Shown here: positions 51,290-63,056 of the stretch, piece after piece
Layout of the letters: every line of letters begins with the position of its first letter
Numbering within the stretch: the first letter of the stretch is position 1
NCBI RefSeq assembly: GCF_001194135.2
Contig: NC_068982.1
Location: forward strand, 192,044,550-192,108,549
Direction of reading: 5' to 3'
DNA from: Octopus bimaculoides
Lineage: Eukaryota
DNA length: 64,000 bases
Notes under the pieces: generated by a model
What the model was told of the DNA's origin: nothing
Databases searched by the model: none
Seen by the model: only the letters and a program-made list of their open reading frames with translations
Translations under genes and position numbers: made by a program

Positions 51290-51335
51290 GACACAACGTT
51301 TCGGCTGATATATCCTTCAGCCTTCTTCAGGTGTC
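51290..51335 (-). ncRNA. Minimal type I hammerhead ribozyme (family H)
   Basis: GACAC-CUGAAGA-A-GGCUG-aaggauauau-CAGCC-GAAAC-GUU-GUGUC, with a fully Watson-Crick stem I. Lies within a repeat at about 51238-51420. Confidence 0.75.
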
Positions 51336-51483
51336 TTGGGGAAATTTCAAACCTGTGTTCTCATTCCTAAGGTATTTTTTGGTGTTATTATTATTATTAT
51401 TATTATTATTCAGGTTACAAGCAGTTGTTCATGGTATAGACTACTGTCAAGTTATCTTTACAGTATAGACGTAGTATTCATGC

Positions 51484-51864
51484 ATGGAGGTGCAATGGCC
51501 CTGTGGTTAGGGCAGCGGACTTGTGTTCATAGGATTGCAGTTTCGATTCCCAGACCAGGCGTTGTGTTTATTGAGTGAAAACACCTAAAGCTCCACAAGG
51601 CTCTGGCAGGGGATGGTGGCGAACCCTGCTGTACTCTTTCACCACAACTTTCTCTCACTCTTTCTTCCTGTTTCTGTTGCGCCTGTATTTCAAAGGGGCC
51701 GGCTTTGTCACACTCTGTGTCACGCTGAATCTCCCCAAGAACAACACTAAGGGTACACGTGTCTGTGGAGTACTCAGCCACTTTCACAGTAATTTCATGA
51801 GCAAGCTGTTCCGTTGATCAGATCTACTGGGACCCTCGTTGTCCTCGTAACCGACGGAGTGCCA
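51484..51864 (+). mobile_element. tRNA-SINE family D
   Basis: GGAGGTGCAATGGCCCTGTGGTTAGGGCAG head, GTTTCGATTCC B-box. Homologous to 29234-29612. Confidence 0.88.
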
Positions 51865-51879
51865 CGTCTATTCGTGCGA

Positions 51880-52245
51880 TCTTTTATCTTTTACTTGTTT
51901 CAGTCATTAGACTGCGCTCATGCTGGGGCATCACTTTGAAGAATTTTTTAGTTGAATGAATTGACCCCAGTACTTTTTTTTTTTAAAGCCTGGTACTTAT
52001 TCTATTAGGCTCTTTTGTTGAACTGCTAAGTTACAGGGACATAAACACACCAACACTGGTTGTCAAGTGTCAGTGGTGGGAGACAAACACTCAAACACAA
52101 TGGGCTTCTTTCAGTTTCCGTCTACCACATCCATTCACAAGGCTTTGGTTGGCCCACGGCTACAGTAGAAGACACTTGTCCAAGGTGCCATGCTGTGGGA
52201 TTGAACCCAGAACCATATGGTTGGGAAGCAAATTTCTTACTACAC
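51880..52245 (-). mobile_element. Composite tRNA-SINE (family C)
   Basis: 3' module followed by the head, on the minus strand. Confidence 0.8.
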
Positions 52246-52574
52246 ATCTCCATCTGCACCGATGCACACAGCCCTGCTCTCACCTCTATTATTTATATAG
52301 TATATACACAGCATATAAATGCTGTAGAGTCAATAGTTTTAAAGAGACCAAATTATTATTCTGTATAAAATGTTCACACCTCATTTAACATAAAACTATG
52401 TTTGAAATACAGTTTTCCCTAACAGCAATGAGCAAACATAAAGATCAAGGAGAAAAGGAGAATGTTTCACACCAAAACACGTATAAAACAACTGGTGTTG
52501 AAATAAAAACACTTTGTTAATGCCATGACTACAAACCTGATGCACAGGTTTAACCACTACGCCATATGCCCACA

Positions 52575-52855
52575 GGCATATGGTGTAGTGATTAGAGCGC
52601 AGGCTACAAACCCCAAGATTCCGAGTTCGATTCCAAGCAGTGACCTGAACAATAATAATAATAATGATAATAACCTCGAAAAATACCTTAGGAATGAGAT
52701 CTCAGGTTCAAAATTTCCCCAAGACACCTGAAGAAGGCTGGAGAGTATATCAGCCGAAACGTTGTGTTAACAACAAACAAGATGAGGATAAATATCCATC
52801 GAATGTAAATAATGTACATAATTCCTCATCTCTTAAATATAGAACTGTACAAACC
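52575..52855 (+). mobile_element. tRNA-headed SINE-like element with Penelope-type hammerhead tail (family H, fullest copy)
   Basis: A-box TGGTGTAGTG (52581-52590), B-box GAGTTCGATTCC (52623-52634), (AAT)n spacer, hammerhead at 52723-52768, 9-bp stem 52780-52788 / 52823-52831. Confidence 0.75.
52723..52768 (+). ncRNA. Minimal type I hammerhead ribozyme (family H)
   Basis: GACAC-CUGAAGA-A-GGCUG-gagaguauau-CAGCC-GAAAC-GUU-GUGUU. Predicted cleavage after 52763. Confidence 0.75.
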
Positions 52856-53204
52856 TGAACTCAAATAATACCAGTTCTGTGGAGTCTTGCAATAAAAAAA
52901 AAACTCTTTGTTTCGGAATTAAATACACAAGAATAGTCTCTAAGAATCTTTCTCTCATTTTACACATCTTCCATAAAATTCCATGACTTCCCTGAGGAAT
53001 GTCTCCTTTTTATGATGGTAGAATGTGATATGAGAGACGTTTGATTTGTATTTTTAGAGAATCTAATGACTACTCCTCATTAGTTTCTATAAACAATGAT
53101 AAATTAGTCAAAAGTCCTTAATGGGAGCTGTTGGTCCACCTTCTCCACCTTCCTCTTCTGTTAGGTTGTTTCTATTTTAAACTAAATTAACTATCCAGTA
53201 AGAG

Positions 53205-54020
53205 GCCCTTTGTTGCCAGCAGAGATGGAAGCTCTCTGAATTTTGTCCAACCTATTCTTACTCTCAGAGCAGCCACTTCCGCTACTAACTTAGTTACCTA
53301 GATAACAGAAGCTATCTACTGTCCCTAACTTAACCACCCCCCTCCAGTATTTGATGGAGTCTGTTTTCTGTACATTTTCGGTGGTTATTATACCTGTGCA
53401 TCTTCCACCCACAAAAGCTATTTTCCTCTAATATTGCTGCATCTCTTATGCATTCATAGCTTACACCAGGTACATCTTATGGAATTTCTACCTACACCTT
53501 TTCTACAGATTGAGTAGGGATTTGTGATTTGTCTGCCTTCCTACTTACTAAGGCTTAGATTTTTGCTAGGGTAACTCTAATGCCTTTCTATTCTAGACCT
53601 TGCTTCCATATCTGAAACTTCTCTAGTTCTGGTAGTGATTCAGCTATAAGAACAAGGTCATCAGCATAGAGGAGCATTCAGGGATAACCTGTCTTAAGTT
53701 ACTCTGTTATTGCCTGGAGGACTATGATGAACAAGAGGGGGCTGAGGACTGATCCTTGGTGAACTCCTACTTGTATCCTGAATTCTTCGCTGTACTTGTT
53801 TCCAACCCTCACCTTACTGATAGCATCTCTGTGCATGGCTTGTACAGTTCTCACGAACCACTCGTCTATCCTTTGTTCCCACATTGACCACCAGATAAGG
53901 GATCAAGGGACCCTGTCAAAAGCTTTCTCCAAGTCAACAAAGGCCAAGTACAGAGGTTTATCTTTGGCTAAGCATTTCTCCTGCAACTGCCTTACCAGAA
54001 ACATAACAGAGCAGTGGTGC
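53205..54020 (-). mobile_element. RTE LINE RT fragment
   Basis: FRIQVGVHQGSVLSPLLFIIVLQAITE, LLYADDLVLIAES, upstream YLAFVDLEKAFDRVP. Confidence 0.88.
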
Positions 54021-54876
54021 TTCTCTCTGGCACAACACTGCTGCTGTGGTCTGCTGTTTTACTTTTTCCATTATTGTAGCAGTGGTTGTTTGAGTTGCTA
54101 GAAATAGTAGCCATATCTCCCTCAATACCCTAATCTTCTTACAACAAAGACATTAGATAATGTAAGCCTTGATAGATTAATGGGGTGGTCATGATTGGAA
54201 CATATTTGATCAAGGCTGTTTTTTTTAAGTTTGTCACAGTTATGTCCTTTTATGGGATGTCCTTGTGGCCAACAAAAGAAATTCACACAAAACACTCAGC
54301 AGCATTTTCCTCAGTTCTTTACATTGTAAGTTCAAATCTGACAGGTACCAAGTTTGCCTTTCATTCATTCAGGGTCAATAAAATACCAGTCAATGTGACT
54401 GAACTCTCCCCTAAAATTGCTGGCCTTGTGCCAAATTAGAAATTACTATGAGTAGTTGTGGTGATGGTAATATTAGGGTTACTATTATTATTATTATTAT
54501 TTCAGTAATCTTATTACAATTATTATCAAACCAGCCAATTCATACCAGCATAGGAAACAGGCACCAAATGTTGTTGTTGTTGTTTTATTATCCCCCTTTC
54601 ATCCTTTCGGGGTCGATAAAATAAGTACCTGTTGAGTACTAGGGTTGATGTAATCAACTTATACTCTCTCCCCTCACAAATTTCAGGCCTTGTACCTACA
54701 GTAGAAAGGATTATTATTATTCTTCTTCTTATTATTATTATTATTCTTATCCCTGGCTGCTTTCATATGACGTAAGCCTCGCTTCCAGCTGACTTCAGAA
54801 TCTGAAATGGTTTTCCTATTCTTTCATCTTTATTCTTCTCTCCACAACAAAATTACTGTCTGCTGCATAGTAATTG

Positions 54877-54926
<50 letters not shown>

Positions 54927-55399
54927 CTCTCCCCTTCGTTCTCTTTCTTCCTCCTACCTCTCTCACTCTCTCCTATATATACACATAAATACACCATGTA
55001 TTGATTCTATGTACATCTGTCTGTTTTTTTGTTTTTTTTTTAACATTGTTTCTTTGGTCGCTGATTAAAACTTATTCTTTCTGTCTTCTTCTTCCACATC
55101 TGAAAACATCATAGCCTTTCTATTACAATCATTTCTATTGTTTTGGATTTTTCTGTTTTTATTTAATTTGGTTGATTTTGTTTCAGCAGATTTTTCACAA
55201 TTTGCTGGGATTCATGTACCTATATCTAGATTATTATAATTATTACTATTATTGTTGTTGTTGTTGTTGTTTTCCAATTTGGCAAAATTATTATTATTTT
55301 TTTTTTAGATAGTGACAACTTTCTAAAAGACACATGTTTCATAATAATAATCGTTTCTACATTAGGTACAGGGCCTAAAATTCAGCAAGCTGCCGCAGA

Positions 55400-55800
55400 A
55401 ATTCTGCATCCATCTGCTTGGATTTGAGCAGCATGCACCCATCCTGGCTCATCAAACAGCTTTCATCTCCTCATGTCTTTGCACATGTGCCCTTGTTCTG
55501 ATAATGCTTGGCATTGAAGAATTGATCAAGAGCCAGTTTCATTAGTCAACACCTGAAAACTTCCGATGGGCTAATTTGCTAATGCAATTTCTGAAAGCTT
55601 GACCTGCCAGGAAGGATGCATTCTGCTTCCAGTATCCGGGGTGTTGTGTATGGGTTCTGTCTATGGTGACCAAACAGATCAAAAATTTGTGGTGGTCCAT
55701 GTAACCGACGACTTTGAACTGTGAACAAAATATTCAATCTAGGTACGAACTGGAAGACCCAATGTTGTTTGCCCATGTCCACATTGGTGCATTTGATAAT
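55400..55800 (-). mobile_element. CR1-like LINE 3' fragment, decayed
   Basis: Minus strand resembles the CR1 C-terminus (..HGPPQIFDL.., ..MKLALDQFFNA..). Confidence 0.45.
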
Positions 55801-55914
55801 TCTGTTAGTATCAGTCAGCCAATTAGAAGCAACTAAGAAGGTTTGTGAGGCTTTCACACTCTCCTCTCTTATTGGCTACCCCCCTCCCCCACCTTATCCT
55901 GGTGTGTGTCCAAT

Positions 55915-56270
55915 ATGACATTCCAGTCACCCACTAAATCTAAAGAGTGAAATATTGCAAGGAAAACCGCCTCCAAATGTCTGAAGAAATTCTGGCAGCC
56001 CCACCGCAGTTGGGGTGTATATAGTGACTAGTCTAAAAGCCCCACCTTTGCTATTGCTCACATCCAGGGCCACCATCTTACCATCTTAGAAGCACTGCCA
56101 CCTCACCTCCCATTCCAGGCCAACTAAGTGATGAGAAGAACTGAAAATCATTAAAAACAGGAGCTAGATCGTGTGTCAGAAATCCTGGGTTTTGCTGATG
56201 GCTGTCACATCCCTAGCTAGTGACCTGAGGGCGTTGAGCAGGTGACCTTACCTCCAGGGCAACCCCAGGC
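55915..56270 (-). mobile_element. L1/Tx1-type APE endonuclease fragment
   Basis: Minus strand GHLLNALRSLARDVTAI..., ...VALDVSNSKGG..RLVTIYTP..., LVGDWN. Confidence 0.6.
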
Positions 56271-57184
56271 CACAAGCATTTATACAATTTACTTTTAAAC
56301 CCACCATGATGACCGGACAGAATTTGGAGAAGAAACAAAGGGCGTTTACTTACCCACTGGGTACCACTGAATGTTAGGTGGTTCAACCTCTGTAATTGTT
56401 GGGGTTCTTTTGAGAACCACCTTAAAATCCTACTCATGGCTTTTACATTAGGGGTTCCCACTGAGGCTGTATCTCATTGTGGCGGCAGAGTTACTATATA
56501 TGTGGAAGTTACAATCACCCGAAGACTTCCTACTCTGAGAAAGAAACACCATTGAGCCATAGGAAATAGTTTCCAGAGATGTTTTTGAAAATTGTCTGTT
56601 CTTCAATACCAAGAGTTGATGATCGAGAAACCTAGCAGACCCATTATAGTAGTAAAACTTTTTCTTTTAGTAATGAAGAGGAGATGAAAGCTGGAATGAC
56701 AAACCATTGGATAAATCTCTCTCCACCCTCAAGGAAAATAGAAAACACTTGGAAGAGGAAGAAATTCTAACACTCAAACAACAGATCTGAACGATTTCAG
56801 AATGGTTTCCAAAAGAAATGGAAACAGCATATCGAGGAGGAGGGGGAAGAGGAGGTAGTGGTGTGAATTAGACAAGCATATAAATCACTTCTTAACCCTT
56901 GGACTATTGTCTCTTTATAGGTGTTGTGGGTGAGGCTGTACTGGATGGTGTGACTTTTTCCTCAGAAATAAAATATTTAAAGCAAGAATGTTTCTATCTT
57001 TTGCTTGTTTCGGTCATTAGACTGTGGCCATGCCGGGGCACTGCCTTGAAGAATTTTTAGTTGAATGTAAATGGAAAGCATTTGCCAAAGGCTGATTTCA
57101 GTTTGTCTTAAATTACTGTAACAATTTCTCGATTAACATCATGGGGAAGACATTTTCAAGGTTTTTATTTTTTTTTTCCACAAA

Positions 57185-57343
57185 GGCGTAGGAGTGTGGT
57201 AAGTAGCTTGCTTACGAACCACATAGTTCCGGGTTCAGTCCCATTGCGTGGTACCTTGGACAAGTGTCTTCTACTATAACCTCTGGCCGACCAAAGCCTT
57301 GTTAGTGGATTTGGTAGATGGAAACTGAAAGAAGCCCATCGTA

Positions 57344-57379
<36 letters not shown>

Positions 57380-58075
57380 CATATATACAAGAATAAGGGC
57401 AGGGAATCGTCAATTAATAATAGAATTAATAATTAACAATTTTGCCAAGTAGTTCAGTATGAAAAAACCTTTATCGGTAAAACCATTTATCATCATAAAT
57501 ATACAGGGATTAGCATTGAGTTGCTTCTCCAACATACTGAAAANNNNNNNNNNNNNNNNNNNNNNNNNNNNNNNNNNNNNNNNNNNNNNNNNNNNNNNNN
57601 NNNNNNNNNNNNNNNNNNNNNNNNNNNNNNNNNNNNNNNNNNNNNNNNNNNNNNNNNNNNNNNNNNNNNNNNNNNNNNNNNNNNNNNNNNNNNNNNNNNN
57701 NNNNNNNNNNNNNNNNNNNNNNNNNNNNNNNNNNNNNNNNNNNNNNNNNNNNNNNNNNNNNNNNNNNNNNNNNNNNNNNNNNNNNNNNNNNNNNNNNNNN
57801 NNNNNNNNNNNNNNNNNNNNNNNNNNNNNNNNNNNNNNNNNNNNNNNNNNNNNNNNNNNNNNNNNNNNNNNNNNNNNNNNNNNNNNNNNNNNNNNNNNNN
57901 NNNNNNNNNNNNNNNNNNNNNNNNNNNNNNNNNNGTGTGTTTACCTCCCCGTAACTTAGCGGTTTGGCAAAAGAGACCGATAGAATAAGTCCTGGGGGCG
58001 ATTTGCTCGACTAAAGGCGGTGCTCCAGCATGGCCACAGTCAAATGACTGAAACAAATAAAAGAGTAAAGAAAGT
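57185..58075 (+). mobile_element. Family C SINE modules either side of a gap (head 57185-57345, 3' module 57935-58075)
   Basis: Homology to the other family C copies. The two modules may not belong to one insertion. Confidence 0.7.
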
Positions 58076-58236
58076 ATCTTCCTCACCTCAGTGATCTTGT
58101 TTGGGTTTCTTCATCTTTACAATAGCCAGTATTGTTAAATAAGTACCAGTAATATATTGGTGTCTATCTATAAACTGTTTTATTTCTTATAGTAAGATTG
58201 TATATTTGTTTGTTTTCAGTTTATCGACGAGTAACA

Positions 58237-58615
58237 ATGGATTTGAGAATGCTGATTATGGCATCACTGACCAGTGGTCTTGCTGGAATCGGTTATTATA
58301 TTTGGAAAAAAGCCCTGAAACCCACTCTACAGTTGCTTTATTATGACATCCGTCTTTTGTCAACCTTATCAAAAGTTGGCAAAGAAAGAAGTAAAAACTA
58401 CAAAGTTATGAGTTTAGCTGACGTCTTTCAAGCTTCAGTGAAAGCTAACCCAGACAAAGTATTTCTCATCTTTGACCAACAACAATACACTTACAGTTAT
58501 GCTGATAAAATCTCCAACAAAGTTGCTAATCTTTTGTTATCACTGGGAATCCAGAAAGGTGATGTTGTTGCCATGGTACTGACCAACAGTCCACAGTTTG
58601 CTTGGATCTTCCTTG
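58237..58615 (+). CDS. SLC27A: First coding exon of an SLC27A/FATP-family very-long-chain acyl-CoA synthetase (SLC27A2/A6-like)
   Basis: ACAATGG start context and an N-terminal hydrophobic segment, then DVFQASVKANPDKVFLIF..YTYSYADKISNKVAN..GIQKGDVVAMVLTNSPQFAWIFLG, matching the FATP N-terminal pattern. Phase-1 donor G|GTGAG at 58616. Acceptor TTGTTTGTTTTCAG ends at 58219. Confidence 0.88.
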
Positions 58616-58710
58616 GTGAGACACTTTTTTCCATATTTTCTCTTTTATTATTTTAGAATTTGGAATATTTCTGTTGATTGTTAAACCACTGTCTGTCTCC
58701 CATCCACCAC

Positions 58711-58758
<48 letters not shown>

Positions 58759-58768
58759 NNNNNNNNNN

Positions 58769-58816
<48 letters not shown>

Positions 58817-58847
58817 CAATCACTGTTTCACCCATTACTCCTGCCCC

Positions 58848-59287
58848 CACTCTCCTTGGTATGGTCATGTGATGCATATGGATGAGGACAACCGTGTAAA
58901 GAAGTACCGATCTCTAATGGTGGAGAGAACCTGTGGTAGAGGTAGACCCAGGAAGACATGGGATGAGGAGGTGGTGAAGGATGATCTTCAAACCTTGAGC
59001 CTCACAGAGGCAATGGCTAGTGACCGAGACCTTTGGAAATATGCAGTGCGAGAGAAGATCCGTCACGCGAAGTGAAATCATAGTTGTGGCTGATGCTGGC
59101 AGCCATGCCGCTGGTACATAAAAGCACCCATTATACTCTCGGAGTGGTTGGTGCTAGGAAGGGCATTCAGCCATAGAAACCATGCCAAATCAGACTGGAG
59201 TCTGATGCAGCACCTCAGCTTGTCAGCCCTGGTCAAACTGTCCAACCCATGCCAGCATGAAAAATGGACGTTAAATGATGATGATGA
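58848..59287 (+). mobile_element. RTE LINE 3' end in the SLC27A intron
   Basis: WYGHVMHMDEDNRVKK...CGRGRPRKTWDE and the 3' tail. Confidence 0.88.
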
Positions 59288-60176
59288 GTAAATGTTTGTC
59301 TTTTGAAAATGAGTGTTTATTTCATTATTTTGTATAAAAGTTCCAAGAAATTTGATAAAGACATCCAATCATAATTCTTTTGTATGTGTGCTGTATTTCC
59401 TGTTATTGCCCTATGGTGGTAAAAGTAGACTTCTAAATTTCACTGTCATCGGATGAGTAACACTCTAATAGTAGTAGTCCTTTCTGCTGTAAGGTACAGT
59501 GCCTGGAATTTGGCAGGAGTGGGGGGGGGGCTCGTTGATTATAGTGATCCTAGCACTTGACTGGTACTTTATTTTATTGACCCCAAAAGGGTGAAAGACC
59601 AAGTTGGCTTCTGTGGAATTTGAACTCAGAACAATGGGCTCATCATATCATCAACAGCAACAAGAAAGAGATTCTTTTAACCCTAGGCTAGCCCTGGTTG
59701 AATCGACTTATATGATCAAAGACATTCCAGCTGTCACCTTCTTTTTTTTTTTTTCAAGGAGACTACATTATGCAGTGTGTCCCTCATTCTAAGACGGTTG
59801 GATACAATTTCAGGGCAGTTCTCTTGTTTGTGATCGTAATGGTGTTCATGAACTTATAAAATACACTTCCTGTTTAGCCTGGTGGAAACTAATTTCACAT
59901 TTAACGGCAGAAATACCAATTTCTAATTAATAAACACACAACTTTATCAATGAGGGAAGGAAAACTAAAACTGCAATGTTGATAATTAACTATTTTAATT
60001 AATGTATATTACTGTAATCTTTTTTTATCAAATTCCAGTTGCAAGGATAAGAGGATTAGGATTAGGGTTAAATATAAGCCAATCAAGCTCAGTGTTGTTT
60101 TATTAGGAAAGTGTTGAAATATAGAGTTAAGTTGATCTGCACCAGGATTATGTAATTCAATACACAGACTGAATAA

Positions 60177-60222
<46 letters not shown>

Positions 60223-61470
60223 CTGAAATCTCTGCTTAAATTGGTGCTCTACTACTAAAGAACAGACGTAAACCTAAATGGCCATATTTTTTTTAAAATA
60301 AGAATCTGTGTTGCTTGGCACCATACTTTGGAAGCTGAAAGTATGGCTTGCAATTAGCATAGAAGCATGGATACACACTGACAGAACAACACACACACAC
60401 ACACACATGGGCTGAGTCATACACACATACACCCACAAATACATAGGTACTTGTACACCGAGAAACAGACTCAGACACAAACGTGGACTGGCACGTGCAC
60501 GTCTAAACACACACACACACACACACATATTATGTTATTCAAGCATAAATAAACTCTGCCACAAGTGTATGTATGCATGTGTATGTGAATATAATGTGTA
60601 TGTGTTTATGGAAAAGACTGTGTGTGTGTGTGTCTGTATTTATTTGTGTGTGTGTGTGTGTAATACACACACACACAAGGAGAGAATGTGTTGAAGTTTT
60701 ATATATTAAGAAAAAGAAGGTAATCAGGATTTGGATTAAAAAAATTTTATTTAGCGTTTTTGACCCTTTTAGGGATTCATCGTGGTTAATAACCATTCAT
60801 GATGAATCCCTAAAAGGGATGGAAATGCTAAATAAACAAGTTTTTTATCCCAATCCTGACTACCTTCTTTTACTTTATATAATGTGGATGCATATTTGGA
60901 TGTGTATGTATGTGTATGTATATATATATATGTGTGTGTGTGTGTGTATTAATCTATTGGATTGGTACTTTCTCATCTCCACCCCTGCCCAATTTATCAG
61001 GATGACATCATCAATTCAATTAACAGTTTATTATTAAGACTACTTTAAAATCATAACCATGCATTCAGCTCTTCAATAGCTGGTCCTTTTCTCTCTCTCC
61101 CACCCCACCCCCTTAACATCTCATTAGTTGTTGCTCCTTTTAATCACAAATTAAGTTTTGAAGTGAAAATTCAAATCAAATCTTGGAATCTCTTTCTCCA
61201 TTTAGATTCTTCCATTTTGCTGTACTTTTTCTAATTTACTTTTAATGGCCTTTGTAATTCTGCTGTTTTTACAACAGCATTGGCTTATGTGAACTTCTGA
61301 TTAACTCAGGACACACTTCTACTGCATGGGCTTCAGCTGGTGTAACCATGAATAAAGATTTTGTCTGATTTTTCAAAAACTGCACAAAAATTGAATCCAT
61401 TTCTGATGTTCTCTTCACTGGTTTTAAACTCCTTTCTCTCTGTTTATTGTATTTACAGCTCATGCACACA

Positions 61471-61543
<73 letters not shown>

Positions 61544-62809
61544 GAAAATTTTTCCCCATTGATTCCAGCAGACTTTCAACTTATTTCTGATCCATTTCTC
61601 TTTCAATAAACAATATTTCCAATTTCTATTTGCCTCTTAGGAATTCTTTCCGCTTGTCCATTTTCTGTCTCTGCTCTTTGTTACCTGTTTGTATTTCTGT
61701 CATTAAATTCTTCAACTTAACAAATTTTAGATAGTTTTTATATAGTACCCTAACATTCAACTAAATAGGTACCCACAACAATTTGAATATAACACAGAAT
61801 ATGTTTAGGGACCAGTTTTTTTATACCAAACTTCTCATCTGATAAGAATTGCTCATCTTGGCAGCTGAGGAGATTTTAGATTCGCAGGTTCTTCACTTTC
61901 ACCAGATAATTTTAAATCAATGCTTACGAGTGCAGTTGTCACTATTTTGACCATATGATTCAGTTATATGGTTTCATTGGCTTCAAACACAATTCAACAG
62001 CTTGCAATCAGGGCCTTTGCAATCAGAAATAATCCAAGACGTTAGAGACTTCTTAAGTGGCCTCACCTAGTCAGGTCTCTCATGTTCAGAAATAAACTGG
62101 GCATAACATTGGTTGTTTTCTTTGTAGCCATAACAACTACTGCATCTGCTGCAAGGGCAGTTAATATATGGTGTGTCTCCTTCAGAGAGGTCTCCTGCCT
62201 TCACTGTTGCTGTCCTGTGGATTAGGAATTGTTGTGGGGTGTGTGTTTTCTCTGTCTTTCTCTTTTAGTAGGCAGTAATTGCTAGCTTGAGGGCTACTTT
62301 GACTAACTTGAGATGAGCAGAGCAGTAGTTTGTCTCTATATCTCCATGCCAGCAGTTATGTGTGTTTATTATGTGTGTGTGTATCATGCTTTAGTATTCA
62401 ATACCTCAGACTGGAGCCTGGTGTTGCCATCCGGTTTCACCAGTCCTCAGTCAAATCGTCCAACCCATGCTAGCATGGAAAGCGGACGTTAAACGATGAT
62501 GATGATGATGATGATCATAAAGCCACCACACTTAATACTGCATTCCCAACTCTATCAAGGGGTCTGATCTTGCATATTACTTGATGACCTCACTAATGCT
62601 GTTGCCATGAAAAAATGCATTGAGTATGTTCCATGAAATGGTTGGCATTAGGCAGGGCATCCAGCCATAGAAACCATGCCAAAGCAGGCATTGGCTCATT
62701 GGATCCTCTCAAACTGTCCGATTTATGCCAGCATGGAATATGGATGTTAAATGTGTGTGCGTATATATATGTTTGGACGTCTATATACGTTTGTGTATGT
62801 TCATGTATA

Positions 62810-63056
62810 CGAGGGGGTACCCAAAAGAAACTGGAATTTTGCAATATTATTTTATTCACTTAGTTTTACATGTTTACACTTTTATCATCTTCAAAGTATT
62901 CTCCATTTGAAGCAATGCATCGGTCCAGGCGCGTTTTCCATTATTCGAAGCAGTCCTGGAACTCTTGATAAGTGTTGCCTTTTAATGCCTCCATCGTTTT
63001 ACCACATCTGCAAAACATTTTCTTTTGAGGACTTTTTTCATTCGATGGGGAACAAA
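62810..63056 (-). mobile_element. mariner-type transposon end
   Basis: TA|CGAGGGGGTACCCAAAA TIR. The minus strand encodes EFQDCFE*WKTRLDRCIASNGEYFE, the mariner transposase C-terminus. Runs into a gap. Confidence 0.8.

Noticed and set aside
52575-52645. Possible tRNA gene
   Set aside because: A and B boxes are present, but there is no pairing acceptor stem and the sequence runs into a repeat body. It is a SINE head.
61278-61350. SLC27A exon 2 candidate (ALAYVNF*LTQDTLLLHGL)
   Set aside because: In-frame TGA at 61298-61300 and no xKLG motif. The true exon 2 is probably beyond the window or in a gap.
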